Source: an uncultured Candidatus Binatia bacterium
Lineage (GTDB): Bacteria; Desulfobacterota; Binatia; Bin18
Direction: 5' to 3'
DNA length: 64,000 nt
Assembly: GCA_965200965.1 (NCBI GenBank)
Contig: OZ241744.1
Coordinates: forward strand, 1,664,001 to 1,728,000
In this document: piece after piece, positions 40,261-50,193 of the stretch
Numbering within the stretch: the first letter of the stretch is position 1
Layout: every line of letters starts with the position of its first letter
Notes under the pieces: generated by a model
What the model saw: the letters and a program-made list of their open reading frames with translations, nothing else
Told to the model about the DNA's origin: nothing
The model's database searches: none
Translations under genes and position numbers: made by a program

Positions 40261-42522
40261 TTAGCTGATCAAATCACTCGGATTCAGATTCGTCTCGTCC
40301 ACGAGGACCCCTAATTCCGGGTGATACAGCACCTCCGCAGTCTGCGCGAACATGTCGGAATACACTTCACGCACGTCACCCCTGCGCGACATCTGTTGGA
40401 ATTGGTAGTCCGGTAGCGACACGGTGTAGCGCTGGAGCCTCCGCATAAGCCGCCGCGACGGCCCGTCTTGGCGCAGCTGACTGATCAAGGCGGGGCTCTT
40501 GTCATAACGCACGATAATGCTGCGATAGCCCGATTCGTCAATCAACCGAAAACGCTGGGCCGCGGTACGGAACTGCACTTTCAACGGATCGTCGCCTTCG
40601 CCCTGGGGCATAAGCAATCCGGTTCTGCCGTTGCCGTGTATGTTGTGCTTGTCGAGAGACGGCGCTTTACAGTAGAAGTGCTGGAAATACTTCTTGAACA
40701 TATCGCGCTTGAACAGGTCGGCTATCGTCAACGGCTGGGAGCTCGCCCCTGCCAGCAACGAAACGGTAGTGTCTTCTGCACGGCGCAGATGTCCGAGAGG
40801 GGCACGGTTGGGTGGCACAAAGACGACGACCTGACCCCGATCCATCTTCCCCTCACGGTTACATCGCCCTGCCGCTTGCGCAATCGAATCCAGACCCGCA
40901 AGCGCACGGTACACAATGGGAAAATCCAGGTCGACGCCCGCCTCTACCAATTGGGTACTGACAACTCGTACATCTTCCCCGGTAAGCAGCCGCCGTTTGA
41001 TAGCAGCAATGACGCGCGACCGATGCTCACCACACATCAGGGCGGATAAATGAATCGTCCCTTCAGGCATGCGCCGGTGGAGTTCACGGGCGTCTGCACG
41101 CGAATTGACAACGGCAAGGACAGTAGCATGGTGCTGAATCTGGAGGGCGAGATCGTCCCATTCCTGCCGCTGATGGAAGTCCTCCGGCAGTGACACAGTG
41201 ACGCGCTCCAAATCGCGGTACAGGGTATCCGGGTCGGTGATGATTTCTCGCGTCCCCTCAAGGCCGCGAATCCTGTGTTGAAAACTGTGCAGCCGTCCCA
41301 ACTCTGGTTGGGTCGCGGTTGAGATGACGAAACTGACCCCATAGTAGCGAACAAGCAGATTCATCACGTCAAGAATCGGTTGCAGGAATTCAGGGGGGAG
41401 CAACTGGGCTTCGTCAAGGACCACCACACTGTTCACGATCTTATGCAGCTTGCGGCAACGGCTCGTTCTGGAGGCGAATAGTGACTCGAAGAACTGAACG
41501 TTGGTCGTGACAATGAGCGGAGCATCCCAATTCTCTGCCGCCAAGCGACTTTTCCCTGTCTCTTTTTCGGGATCGAGATTGCTGTGATGCTCAATCACTG
41601 CATCAGAAAAGATTGAGCGGAACACATTGGCGGTCTGCTCAATAATGCTGGTGTAGGGAATGGCATAAATCACCCGCCGCTTGCCGTGGCATTTTGCATG
41701 TTCCAGGGCAAAGGCGAGGCTCGATAGGGTCTTGCCCCCTCCGGTGGGGACGGTCAAGGAAAACAATCCCGGCGCTTCATGCGCCTTGTCCCGACACTGC
41801 CGCAGCACGGTGGCGCGGGTACGGTTCACGCGCGTCTCTTCCACACCTGAAAACCTTTTTTCAATCCAGGCATTAAACCGAGCGAGCATATCTGGAATCG
41901 TAGGCGCGCCGCCCCGCTGTGCGGCCTTGTCCGCATCCATAAACGCTTCGGTATCCAAAAAATCCGCGTCTACCAGGCAGGAAAACAAGAGACGTACCCA
42001 CAGCGCAAAGCCTTCTGATCCTCCCACCAATGGGCTGTTGGGCTTAGATTGTTTAAGAATTGAAGGGGGGATCGGCTGGCACAGTGCTCGTTCCACATGG
42101 CTCGGATCATCGAGGCGCGCTTTGAGTGCCGCTCCACGGGTCTCGCTCGTATGCCAATCTGGCAGGCCGGTGTGATGACCGGCGATGATGTAGGCGAGAA
42201 TCCGGCCGTGCAATCTGAATTGTTTTATGGCGTGCTGTGCGCCGGCAGTGGAATGATCAACCCGTCCGGCCTGTCCTTCAAGATGAGCCTCGGTATCGTA
42301 TCCAGATTGGGACCTGATACGCCTTTGAAATTCCTTGCTATATTTTCCCAGATCATGCCATGTCCCCGCTGGCCGCGCCCAATCTCCACTCCCAAAGGCG
42401 CACGCGAACTCGTCGGCGCGTTGGCCGACACCGCGGAGGTGGTCTTCCAAGTCATGCAAATCGAAGTCATTGTCAACCTGACGGATGTGCGCAATGAAGG
42501 CGGGTGGCTCTTTGGTCCTCAT
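40261..42522 (-). CDS. cas3: Cas3 HD nuclease-helicase
   Basis: WHDLGK, GHHTGL, LVDADFLDT, PTGGGKT, DEAQ, SATQP, QAAGRCNR. Confidence 0.97.
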   Translation of the reverse strand: MRTKEPPAFIAHIRQVDNDFDLHDLEDHLRGVGQRADEFACAFGSGDWARPAGTWHDLGKYSKEFQRRIRSQSGYDTEAHLEGQAGRVDHSTAGAQHAIKQFRLHGRILAYIIAGHHTGLPDWHTSETRGAALKARLDDPSHVERALCQPIPPSILKQSKPNSPLVGGSEGFALWVRLLFSCLVDADFLDTEAFMDADKAAQRGGAPTIPDMLARFNAWIEKRFSGVEETRVNRTRATVLRQCRDKAHEAPGLFSLTVPTGGGKTLSSLAFALEHAKCHGKRRVIYAIPYTSIIEQTANVFRSIFSDAVIEHHSNLDPEKETGKSRLAAENWDAPLIVTTNVQFFESLFASRTSRCRKLHKIVNSVVVLDEAQLLPPEFLQPILDVMNLLVRYYGVSFVISTATQPELGRLHSFQHRIRGLEGTREIITDPDTLYRDLERVTVSLPEDFHQRQEWDDLALQIQHHATVLAVVNSRADARELHRRMPEGTIHLSALMCGEHRSRVIAAIKRRLLTGEDVRVVSTQLVEAGVDLDFPIVYRALAGLDSIAQAAGRCNREGKMDRGQVVVFVPPNRAPLGHLRRAEDTTVSLLAGASSQPLTIADLFKRDMFKKYFQHFYCKAPSLDKHNIHGNGRTGLLMPQGEGDDPLKVQFRTAAQRFRLIDESGYRSIIVRYDKSPALISQLRQDGPSRRLMRRLQRYTVSLPDYQFQQMSRRGDVREVYSDMFAQTAEVLYHPELGVLVDETNLNPSDLIS

Positions 42523-42622
42523 TCAATTCTCCCAATGTCCTTGCCTTTTTGCTCCCACAGATTAGACCATAACTGAGGATTGGGGCATAGCGCCTTGCTA
42601 TAAGCGTTCTCTTTTGGAGGGG

Positions 42623-44221
42623 TTAGCGCGTGGTGCTTCGTCTGAGCAGGCGGGCCAGCAGTTGCACTTCCTCTACTTTGAAGATGAAGCCCAGGGTCAG
42701 ATACAGCCCGCTGCCGGCCAGCAGAATTGCGGCCAGGTGCAACATCGGAAGCGGGGCCAGCAGGGCCCCCGGGGTAGCGGCCAGCCCTCGGCTCAGCACG
42801 AACAGACAGGTCCCGAGGGCCGCGGCCAGCAGAAAATGGGTGGCGAACTGACGGGCGAGCAGGGCTTCGTTCAGCGGGCCGCGGCGGTGGCGGAAGATGG
42901 CGTACAGCACGAGGGTATTGAGGCCCGAGGCCAGCGAGATCATCAGCGCAATGCCCCAGTGGCCCCAGACCTGCATCAGCAGCCAGCCGCCAAGGGCGTT
43001 CAGGCCGACCGAGGCCAGGCCGACGAGGGCCGGGGTGCGGGTGTCTTTGGTGGCGTTGAACAGCCGGACCATGACCTGGCTGGTCCCATAGCCGACAATC
43101 CCGACGCCATAGGCCATGAGTGCCTGGCTGGTCAGGGTGACATCTTCGGGTGTGAACTGGCCCCGCTGGTAGAGCAGGCGGGTAAGCGGCGTGGCGAGGC
43201 CGACCACGACCGCGGTGGCCGGCAGGGCTACAGCAAACAGCAGCGACAGGCCGGCGGTGGCTTTGTCCTTGAAGGCCGGCTCGGCCCCGTCGGTCTGGGA
43301 GAATTGAACGTGTCGTCTTCCTGTCGATCTGATGACACCTTCACTCCTTTGGACCGCGGACAGCTCGGTCAGCAAGACGGTATACACCGGCACGGCAAAC
43401 AGGCTGACCGGCAGCAGGAAGATGCGAAACGCATAGGCCAGGGCCGAGATGCTGCCCTCGGCCAGGGTTGAGGCCAGGGCGCGGGCAATACAGGCGTTGA
43501 TCGGCACGACCGCAGTCGCTATAAACGCCCCCAACGCCAGCCCGCCCATCTCACGCAGGGCCGGATGGTGAAAGGCGAGGCTGGGACGATAGCGCAGCCC
43601 GAGCCGGGCCAGGGCCGGGATTTGTACCGCTAACTGGACCAAGCTGCCGGCCACCACCCCGACGGCCAGGCTGCTGATGCCGCAGGACCCGCTCAGGCTC
43701 AGGGCACAGCCGATCATCACCACATTGAAGAACACCCCGGCGTACTCGGGCATGGCGTAGTGCTCCAGGCTGTTCAGCGTGCCTTTGACCACGGCCAGCA
43801 GGCAGTGCAGAACCAGCATGGGCAGCATCAGCCGAAACAGGAAGACGGCCAGATGGTGGTCGTCGCCACTCAGGCCGGGGGCGGCCAGGGTCAGGATGGC
43901 CGGGGCGGCCAGATAACAGCCGGCGGCCAGGGTCAGGGCGATGACAAAGGCCGCGGTCAGGGCCAGGCTGAAGACCGTGTTCAACTCGGCGGCGCGGTAG
44001 CGGGTGATGACCGGCACGAAGAAATTGCTCAGTACCCCGCTGAAAAACACGGTCTGGATCATTTCCGGCACATTATAGGCCACCAGAAAGGCATCGGTCA
44101 GCCGTGAGGCACCAAACAGAGCGGCCTGGACGGCTTCGCGGACAAAGCCCAGCGGCCGGCTGAGCAGGGTAGCAATGACGATGGGGCGGCCCTTGCGGAC
44201 CAGGCTGGCGCGGGAAGACAC
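42623..44221 (-). CDS. murJ: Lipid II flippase MurJ (MviN)
   Basis: LSRPLGFVRE, DAFLVAY, FVPVIT, LYQRGQF, DTRTP; start uncertain (GTG at 44221 or 44251). Confidence 0.92.
   Translation of the reverse strand: MSSRASLVRKGRPIVIATLLSRPLGFVREAVQAALFGASRLTDAFLVAYNVPEMIQTVFFSGVLSNFFVPVITRYRAAELNTVFSLALTAAFVIALTLAAGCYLAAPAILTLAAPGLSGDDHHLAVFLFRLMLPMLVLHCLLAVVKGTLNSLEHYAMPEYAGVFFNVVMIGCALSLSGSCGISSLAVGVVAGSLVQLAVQIPALARLGLRYRPSLAFHHPALREMGGLALGAFIATAVVPINACIARALASTLAEGSISALAYAFRIFLLPVSLFAVPVYTVLLTELSAVQRSEGVIRSTGRRHVQFSQTDGAEPAFKDKATAGLSLLFAVALPATAVVVGLATPLTRLLYQRGQFTPEDVTLTSQALMAYGVGIVGYGTSQVMVRLFNATKDTRTPALVGLASVGLNALGGWLLMQVWGHWGIALMISLASGLNTLVLYAIFRHRRGPLNEALLARQFATHFLLAAALGTCLFVLSRGLAATPGALLAPLPMLHLAAILLAGSGLYLTLGFIFKVEEVQLLARLLRRSTTR
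43291..43356. repeat. Imperfect 66-bp palindrome inside murJ
   Basis: Arms 43291-43317 and 43331-43356; core TGAACGTGTCGTC / GATGACACCTTCA pairs 11 of 13. Confidence 0.6.
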
Positions 44222-44468
44222 GCCGGCACTGTAGCAAGGCCGAGCGGACACGTCAGCCGGACCGCCCCGGGCTGGGGTCGGCGGCTTTGGGGTCGTGGAA
44301 GTCGGGGTCGGTCTGATGCGCCGGTGGTGGGAAGTGTGACCGGGCGAACTTGGGTCAGGTTTGCCAGAGAGGTCGAACCCGGATCCATCTGATCAGGAGA
44401 TTCCCGTGATTACCTGCCCTGTCCCTGCTCCCCTATTTGCTTGAAGAGCAGCGCTCTGTTCCACGGCG

Positions 44469-46034
44469 TCATGGACGCGGATGTCGCCTGAAATGAATTG
44501 CATCTTTTTGACTAAGGTGCAGTTTTGCCCGCTCTACCTTGCCCATTGCGTTACGGGGAATCTCGGCAATACACCGATACAGGCGGGGGCGTTTATAGGG
44601 CGCGAGCCCATGCTCGGCGCGTGCCCTGAGCCGGGTCTCAAGTTCGGTCGGGTCTTGTCCCGGGCGCGGCACAATAAAGGCAGCGATGCGCTCCCCCAAG
44701 TCCGGGTCAGGCAGACCGGCGACGGCGCAGTCGTGTACCCCGGCTTCCAACTCTAACACTGCCTCAATCTCCCCGGGGGTGACATTGCTTCCCCCAACGA
44801 TGATGAGTTCTTTGAGCCGGCCGACAATTGACACATAGCCGTCTTGGGAGACGGCCCCGAGGTCACCGGTCCGAAACCAGATGCCATCAAAGGCGGCCGC
44901 GGTGGCCTCGGGGTCGTTCCAGTAGCCGCCAAAGACATTCGGGCCACGGACCCAGAGTTCGCCGGTGTGGCCGGTGGGGAGGGCGCGGCGCGTGTCCGGG
45001 TCAAACACCCCGATCTCTACCCCGGGCAACGGCCGGCCGACGCTGCCGGCCTTGTGGACCCCGTGGAGCGGGTTGGAGGTGTTGATGGCGGTCTCGGTCA
45101 GCCCATAGCGTTCAACCGGGGCAAAGCCAAAGCGGGTCTGAAAGCGGCGGAAGGTTTCAATCGAGAGAGGGGCCGAGCCGCAGGTGAAGAGCCGCATTGA
45201 GGCCAGCGATACCTCGTCTTCTATGTCCAGCAGGCGGTGGTACATGGTGGGTACGCCCATGAACACGCTGATGCGCTGGCGGTCGAGCGCGCGCAGGACC
45301 ACCGATGGATCAAAACGTTCCAGCAAGACCGCGGTGCAGCCGCTATACAGCGTGCCGTACAGGCCGAGTCCCAGCCCGTGCAGATGGTGGGGCGGGAGGA
45401 CATGCAGGAGGCGGTCGTCTTCGGTCATCTCCCAGGTGTCACACAGTAAAGCCTGGAGGTTGGCGTGGAGATTCCGATGGCTCAGGCCGACCCCTTTTGG
45501 CCGGCCGGTCGTGCCGCTGGTGAACAGCAGGAGGGCCAAGTCATCGTCGGCCCGATCGACAGGCTCTGGACCGGCTTGGGCACCGGCCAGGACATCCGAC
45601 ACCAGGGTCGTTCCCACGGCCCGGTCGGCAGCGCGGCCACTTACCCACCACGGCCCGGCTACTGCGGCCGTGATAGCCGGTGCCTGGCTGACCGTTTGCG
45701 GCCGGGTGATGGCAAGTTTGACCGCGGCACGCTCTAAGACGGCCTCGGCTTCGCGCGGGGCCAGGGCCGGGTTCAGCGGTACGACCCCGGCTCCAATGCC
45801 TAAGACGGCCAGATGGACAGTGGGCAATCCATCTGCCTTGCCCAGAGACAGCGCCACCCGGTCGCCGGCCTGAACACCCGCCGCCCGCAGGGCCGTCATC
45901 CAGCGTGAGGCGTCTTCCAACAGTTCGCCGCGCGTCTGCCGCCGGCTCACCCGCCCGTCCGTTTCCAGCTTCTCGAATATCGGGCGGCTGGTGTCACGGC
46001 CCAAATTGTGCCAGAAAGCCTGTGCCAGATTCAT
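44469..46034 (-). CDS. AMP-forming acyl-CoA synthetase (MatB-like)
   Basis: FTSGTTGRPKG, FMGVPTMY, ERYGLTE, FRTGDLG, PRNAMGK; start moved to ATG at 46034. Confidence 0.92.
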   Translation of the reverse strand: MNLAQAFWHNLGRDTSRPIFEKLETDGRVSRRQTRGELLEDASRWMTALRAAGVQAGDRVALSLGKADGLPTVHLAVLGIGAGVVPLNPALAPREAEAVLERAAVKLAITRPQTVSQAPAITAAVAGPWWVSGRAADRAVGTTLVSDVLAGAQAGPEPVDRADDDLALLLFTSGTTGRPKGVGLSHRNLHANLQALLCDTWEMTEDDRLLHVLPPHHLHGLGLGLYGTLYSGCTAVLLERFDPSVVLRALDRQRISVFMGVPTMYHRLLDIEDEVSLASMRLFTCGSAPLSIETFRRFQTRFGFAPVERYGLTETAINTSNPLHGVHKAGSVGRPLPGVEIGVFDPDTRRALPTGHTGELWVRGPNVFGGYWNDPEATAAAFDGIWFRTGDLGAVSQDGYVSIVGRLKELIIVGGSNVTPGEIEAVLELEAGVHDCAVAGLPDPDLGERIAAFIVPRPGQDPTELETRLRARAEHGLAPYKRPRLYRCIAEIPRNAMGKVERAKLHLSQKDAIHFRRHPRP

Positions 46035-46154
46035 GCTCCGAGTGTCTAGCACAGCCCCCCAGCCGGGAAAAGGCGCACCAGAACCCCGCCGGCCATACAG
46101 ATGCGTATCCTGGGGCCGTGGGTTTGACAGGTGTTTGACAAGAAGGAGAGCTGT

Positions 46155-46542
46155 ATGGGAGCGACACATGTCACCGTCACCATACGCAACACGGCTGAAC
46201 TGGACCGCAGCTGGGAAGGGCTTTTTCCGGTTGATACCGGGGCGACCGATTGCCTCGTCCCCAGACAGCACCTTGAAGCCATTGGCCTCAAGCCCGAAGG
46301 CCAGCGGACATATGAACTGGCCGATGGCACTGCGATCACATTGGATATCGCGGGATATCGCGGTGGGGCGGATAGAGTTCATGGGGGAGTTTGTCGGCGG
46401 AACGCTCATCTTCGGCGGGGCGGACGCCGAACCACTGCTGGGCGTGACCGCCCTGAAGTCGTTCGGCATTGAGGTTGACCCGCTCAATCAGCGCCTCAAA
46501 CGCCTGCCGGCGGTGCGTCTCAAGAGCCTCAGGAACCGCTGA
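46155..46542 (+). pseudogene. Clan AA (retropepsin-like) aspartic protease, frameshifted
   Basis: VDTGAT and YELADG in one frame, EPLLGVTAL and VDP in another; tandem GGATATCGCG duplication at 46343-46362. Confidence 0.85.
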
Positions 46543-46590
46543 CAGGTATCCTTTCTAAGGACATCACCATTGTCAGAAAAGGAGGAGGCC

Positions 46591-47667
46591 ATGTCTGATA
46601 AGAGATTTCGGGAAGAGGAGATCGAAGACCCCATCGGTGACGACGATCAGATCAGCACACCTATCCGTTACATGATCACCAGCTACGGCGCGGATATGCC
46701 GGTCGATGGGATCGTGAAACGGATCGAGCGCGGTGATATTGTTGTTCCATCATTCCAGCGGAATTTCGTGTGGACCCTGGCGCAAGCCTCGCGCTTCATC
46801 GAATCTTTGCTGCTCGGGCTACCTGTCCCGGGAATTTTCCTGTTCAAGGAGCCCGATACGCCAAAACAGATGATCGTTGACGGTCAGCAACGGTTGCTGA
46901 CTTTGCAGCGCTTCTACAAGGGGCTATTTGGCAACAAGAAGTTCATGCTGACCGGCGTATCTGACGAATTGAATCAGAAGACCTATGAAACATTGGCTTA
47001 TGAGGATCAACGTCGTCTCGATGACTCGATTCTCCACGCCACGATATTCCAGCAGAGCGAGCCGAGCAATGACCGGAGTTCGATCTACCAGGTCTTTGAG
47101 CGTCTGAACACGGGCGGCACACCGCTCAATCCGCAGGAAATCCGGGCTTGTGTCTATCGGGGGAAGCTGAACAAGCTTTTGTCAGAACTCGCCCAAAACC
47201 CTCATTGGCGCGACTTGTATGTTGGGAAGAGTACCAGGAAAAAGGACCAGGAGATTATCCTGCGTTTCTTCGCCCTGTATGACCGGCTGGACAGCTACGA
47301 GCGTCCGATGAAGCACTTTCTCAATACCTTTATGGGAGACCATTGCGATCTCGAACAGGCCCGGCAGGAGGATGAGCTTCGCCGGATGTTTGAGCGGACG
47401 GTAGAAACCGCGGCAACCGTCCTGACATCGAAGGCGCTCCGACCGGAACGCGCTCTGAATGTATCGGTCGCCGACGCGGTGTTGGTCGGGCTTGCCCGCC
47501 GCCTGGACGCAGGCCCTGTTTCTGACGCTGACGCGCTGAAGGCGGCTCACGAGGGGCTGTTGAAGAGACTAAAAGAGGAGTCCCTGCATACCGTAGACAC
47601 GACGGCCCCGGAGCGGGTGAAGCTACGGATCGAGTATGCGTGCGAAGCGTATGGGCCGGTCCAATGA
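46591..47667 (+). CDS. DUF262 (GmrS/ParB-like) domain protein
   Basis: PSFQRNFVW, IESLLLGLPVP, VDGQQRL, FERLNTGG; RBS GGAGGAGG. Confidence 0.92.
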   Translation: MSDKRFREEEIEDPIGDDDQISTPIRYMITSYGADMPVDGIVKRIERGDIVVPSFQRNFVWTLAQASRFIESLLLGLPVPGIFLFKEPDTPKQMIVDGQQRLLTLQRFYKGLFGNKKFMLTGVSDELNQKTYETLAYEDQRRLDDSILHATIFQQSEPSNDRSSIYQVFERLNTGGTPLNPQEIRACVYRGKLNKLLSELAQNPHWRDLYVGKSTRKKDQEIILRFFALYDRLDSYERPMKHFLNTFMGDHCDLEQARQEDELRRMFERTVETAATVLTSKALRPERALNVSVADAVLVGLARRLDAGPVSDADALKAAHEGLLKRLKEESLHTVDTTAPERVKLRIEYACEAYGPVQ

Positions 47668-48135
47668 GCATCGGTGACAGCCAGCGTCTGGAAAAGGCTA
47701 TCCTGTCTGCGCGTGATGCCGCCCGGGCTCTCTCAGCCGAAAACCAGGCCCGGCTTGCCCAGCTTATGACGGTCTGGGCGTCCGGCTATCTGGAAGCGAT
47801 GTGCAGAGATGTGCTGCGGGCCTATGCTGAACAGCGTGCAGACCCTGGCGTGGCACGCTTCGTCAGTCACAGCCTCACCCGCTCCCGCAGTCCAAGGATG
47901 GAGAATATCGTGGAGTTGGTTCGCTCGTTCGATAAAAATCGAGCCAGCGAGCTGGAAAATTTCGCAGAGGGGGCCATAAAAGGAAAGCATGAACAGTATA
48001 GTCGGCTTACGGAATCAAATCGCTCACGGACGCCCAACGGATATATCTGTTGGACGCATAGGGTCCTATTTTGACCATGCCAGGAAATTTGCTGAGAAAC
48101 TGGAAGCCCTTTTCAACACACGACAGAAAAGCTGA
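47664..48135 (+). pseudogene. HEPN-domain RNase, frameshifted
   Basis: ATGA overlap with DUF262 gene; SGYLE helix; removing one base at 47978-47983 gives IKESMNSIVGLRNQIAHG (Rx4H) to a stop at 48133-48135. Confidence 0.82.
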
Positions 48136-48383
48136 AAATGATGAACATCCAGCACGCCAACCGCTATAACTCAGCCTGAAACAGGCCACCCTCACTCCGG
48201 TCCATGAAGAAGGGGCGGCACGGGCCTGTCCCAAGGCTACGCAGCCGGCCACCACTCGTCCCAAAGCCCTCTTTCAGCAGCCCCGGCTTTTCGCTATGCT
48301 GCCCCGGTTTGCAGGACGAATCGTGATGCCCCCCTCTCGATCTGATATCACGACTCGTCCTTCAGGAGTGACCAGGAGCAACT

Positions 48384-50177
48384 ATGAGAGAAACGAGTAG
48401 GACCTGCCCGCGGTGGCTTGGTCTCGGCCTGGGGATGCTGTTCAGCCTGCTCTCCACTGCGGCCTGGGCTGTCTTTGTTGATGAGGCCGAAACCATCCGC
48501 TTCAACGGTCGGGTGTATAACCGGACGGCGATGGCGGTTGACAGCGCGGCCGAGAACACCCGCCTCCAGACACCCTATAACAGCTGGAACATGTTGCAAA
48601 ACCGGACCTTCGTGCAGATGGAACTGCGCCACAACCTGACCGACCTGGTTATGGGCCGGTCTGAGGGTCCCTTGGCCGCGGTCCAGTCCCTGCTCAGCCC
48701 CCTCAGCTTTCTTGCTCCAGACGATTTTGAGTATTTCGTGACCTATCGTGGCGAGTACGACGGGGTGTGGGACTTTGGCCCGGACGTGTTCAGCGAGCGT
48801 TTTCCGCTGCTGAGCGACTGTGGCACGCCGGGCAAAGCGACCCAGAAGAAGCCGGGCGCTTTTGACTGCACCCAGGTCGATACCCGTCAGCGCCGGCGGA
48901 GTCGTCACCGGTTGTTTGAGGCCTATCTCAACTACACCAAGGGTCCGCTGTTTGTCCGGATTGGACGCCAAAACCTGTCGTGGGGTGAGACGGATGTGTT
49001 CCGCCTGATGGACCAGATTAACCCCCTGGACGCCAGCTTTGGCGGCTTTCTGGTCACGCTGGACGAGCGGCGCATCCCGCTCGATATGCTGCGGGTGGTG
49101 TACGGTTTTGGGGGTGTTGGCCCGCTGTCAGAGCTGAATATCGAAGGCTTTATGGTTGCGGACGACGAAGTGTCAACCCCAGTCCCGGCCGGCTCGCCGT
49201 GGTCAACCCCCAACCCGGCCGGTATTCGCAGTGCCCTCAAAAAACCGGCCCGCAACTTCACCGATATGCGGGGCGGCGGGCGGGTCGTCGGGGTGTGGGG
49301 GGATTTCATGTTCAGCGTGGCCCATTACTACACCTATCTTGACAGCGCGACGCTGCGCATTGTCACCCCAGCCACGGCTGCCCCGCTCAGACTCAGCGAG
49401 TTTCGGGACGCAACCCAGCGGGGGGAGTTCGGACGCTATCTGTTTGATCATTTTCAGGCCAATGTGTTATTTCCCAAGACGCAGATCAGCGGAGCGACCC
49501 TGACCTTTGGCCTGCCCAGCCTGTCGGCCATTATTCGCAGTGAATTTGCCTATTTTTATGCCGAGCCGTTTTTCAAGAACTCGGCCTCAGATCAACTCCA
49601 GGGGCCGGTTGCCGATCTCGCCAACTTTGCCCTGACCCCCGGTTACAGCCAAGTCCCCTGCCCGCCTTCCGTCAGCAACGATATATGCCTGCGCTACAAA
49701 ACGGACATTGACCGTTCGGACGTGATCCGCTGGTCGGTCGGCCTTGACATGGACCGCTATATCCGGCTGCTCAACCCCCAGCAGTCAATCGTCATCAGCG
49801 GCCAGGTCTTTGGCACCCATATTCTGGATTTTGACGACACCAAGCTCCGCTCGGTCAGAGACGACTTTGGCTTTGGGCACTTCGCCGTTCCGGTCTTTGA
49901 CCCGCATGGGAACAACGCGTCCTTTGTCAATATAGACCAGCACCAGCTGATCCATACCCTGTCCGTTTCAACCGCCTACCGTTCAGGCGCGGTCTCGCCG
50001 GCGCTGATCTTTCTGTACGACTGGCAGGGCGCGTGGCTGGTGCAGCCGGGCATCACCTTTACCCGCGACCCCTTCCGCTTCACCATCCAGTATAACTATA
50101 TTGACGGCCAGTTTAACGGCATCGGCTTTTTGCGTGACCGTGATAACCTGATCTTCCAGCTTGAGGTGGTCATCTAG
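48384..50177 (+). CDS. DUF1302-like exported / outer-membrane protein
   Basis: Signal peptide; FEAYL, RIGRQNLSWGETDVFRLMDQINPLD, C-terminal LRDRDN. Confidence 0.72.
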   Translation: MRETSRTCPRWLGLGLGMLFSLLSTAAWAVFVDEAETIRFNGRVYNRTAMAVDSAAENTRLQTPYNSWNMLQNRTFVQMELRHNLTDLVMGRSEGPLAAVQSLLSPLSFLAPDDFEYFVTYRGEYDGVWDFGPDVFSERFPLLSDCGTPGKATQKKPGAFDCTQVDTRQRRRSRHRLFEAYLNYTKGPLFVRIGRQNLSWGETDVFRLMDQINPLDASFGGFLVTLDERRIPLDMLRVVYGFGGVGPLSELNIEGFMVADDEVSTPVPAGSPWSTPNPAGIRSALKKPARNFTDMRGGGRVVGVWGDFMFSVAHYYTYLDSATLRIVTPATAAPLRLSEFRDATQRGEFGRYLFDHFQANVLFPKTQISGATLTFGLPSLSAIIRSEFAYFYAEPFFKNSASDQLQGPVADLANFALTPGYSQVPCPPSVSNDICLRYKTDIDRSDVIRWSVGLDMDRYIRLLNPQQSIVISGQVFGTHILDFDDTKLRSVRDDFGFGHFAVPVFDPHGNNASFVNIDQHQLIHTLSVSTAYRSGAVSPALIFLYDWQGAWLVQPGITFTRDPFRFTIQYNYIDGQFNGIGFLRDRDNLIFQLEVVI

Positions 50178-50193
50178 ACAGGAGGACAAGACA

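Noticed and set aside
44252-44468. GGGGTCG/CGACCCC repeats and Pro/Thr-rich reading frames between murJ and the CoA ligase
   Set aside because: Short, irregularly spaced and GC-rich; no convincing start codon or family motif.
46035-46487. 151-aa N-terminal extension of the acyl-CoA synthetase ORF
   Set aside because: It is antisense to the aspartic protease pseudogene; the ATG at 46034 gives a normal-sized enzyme.
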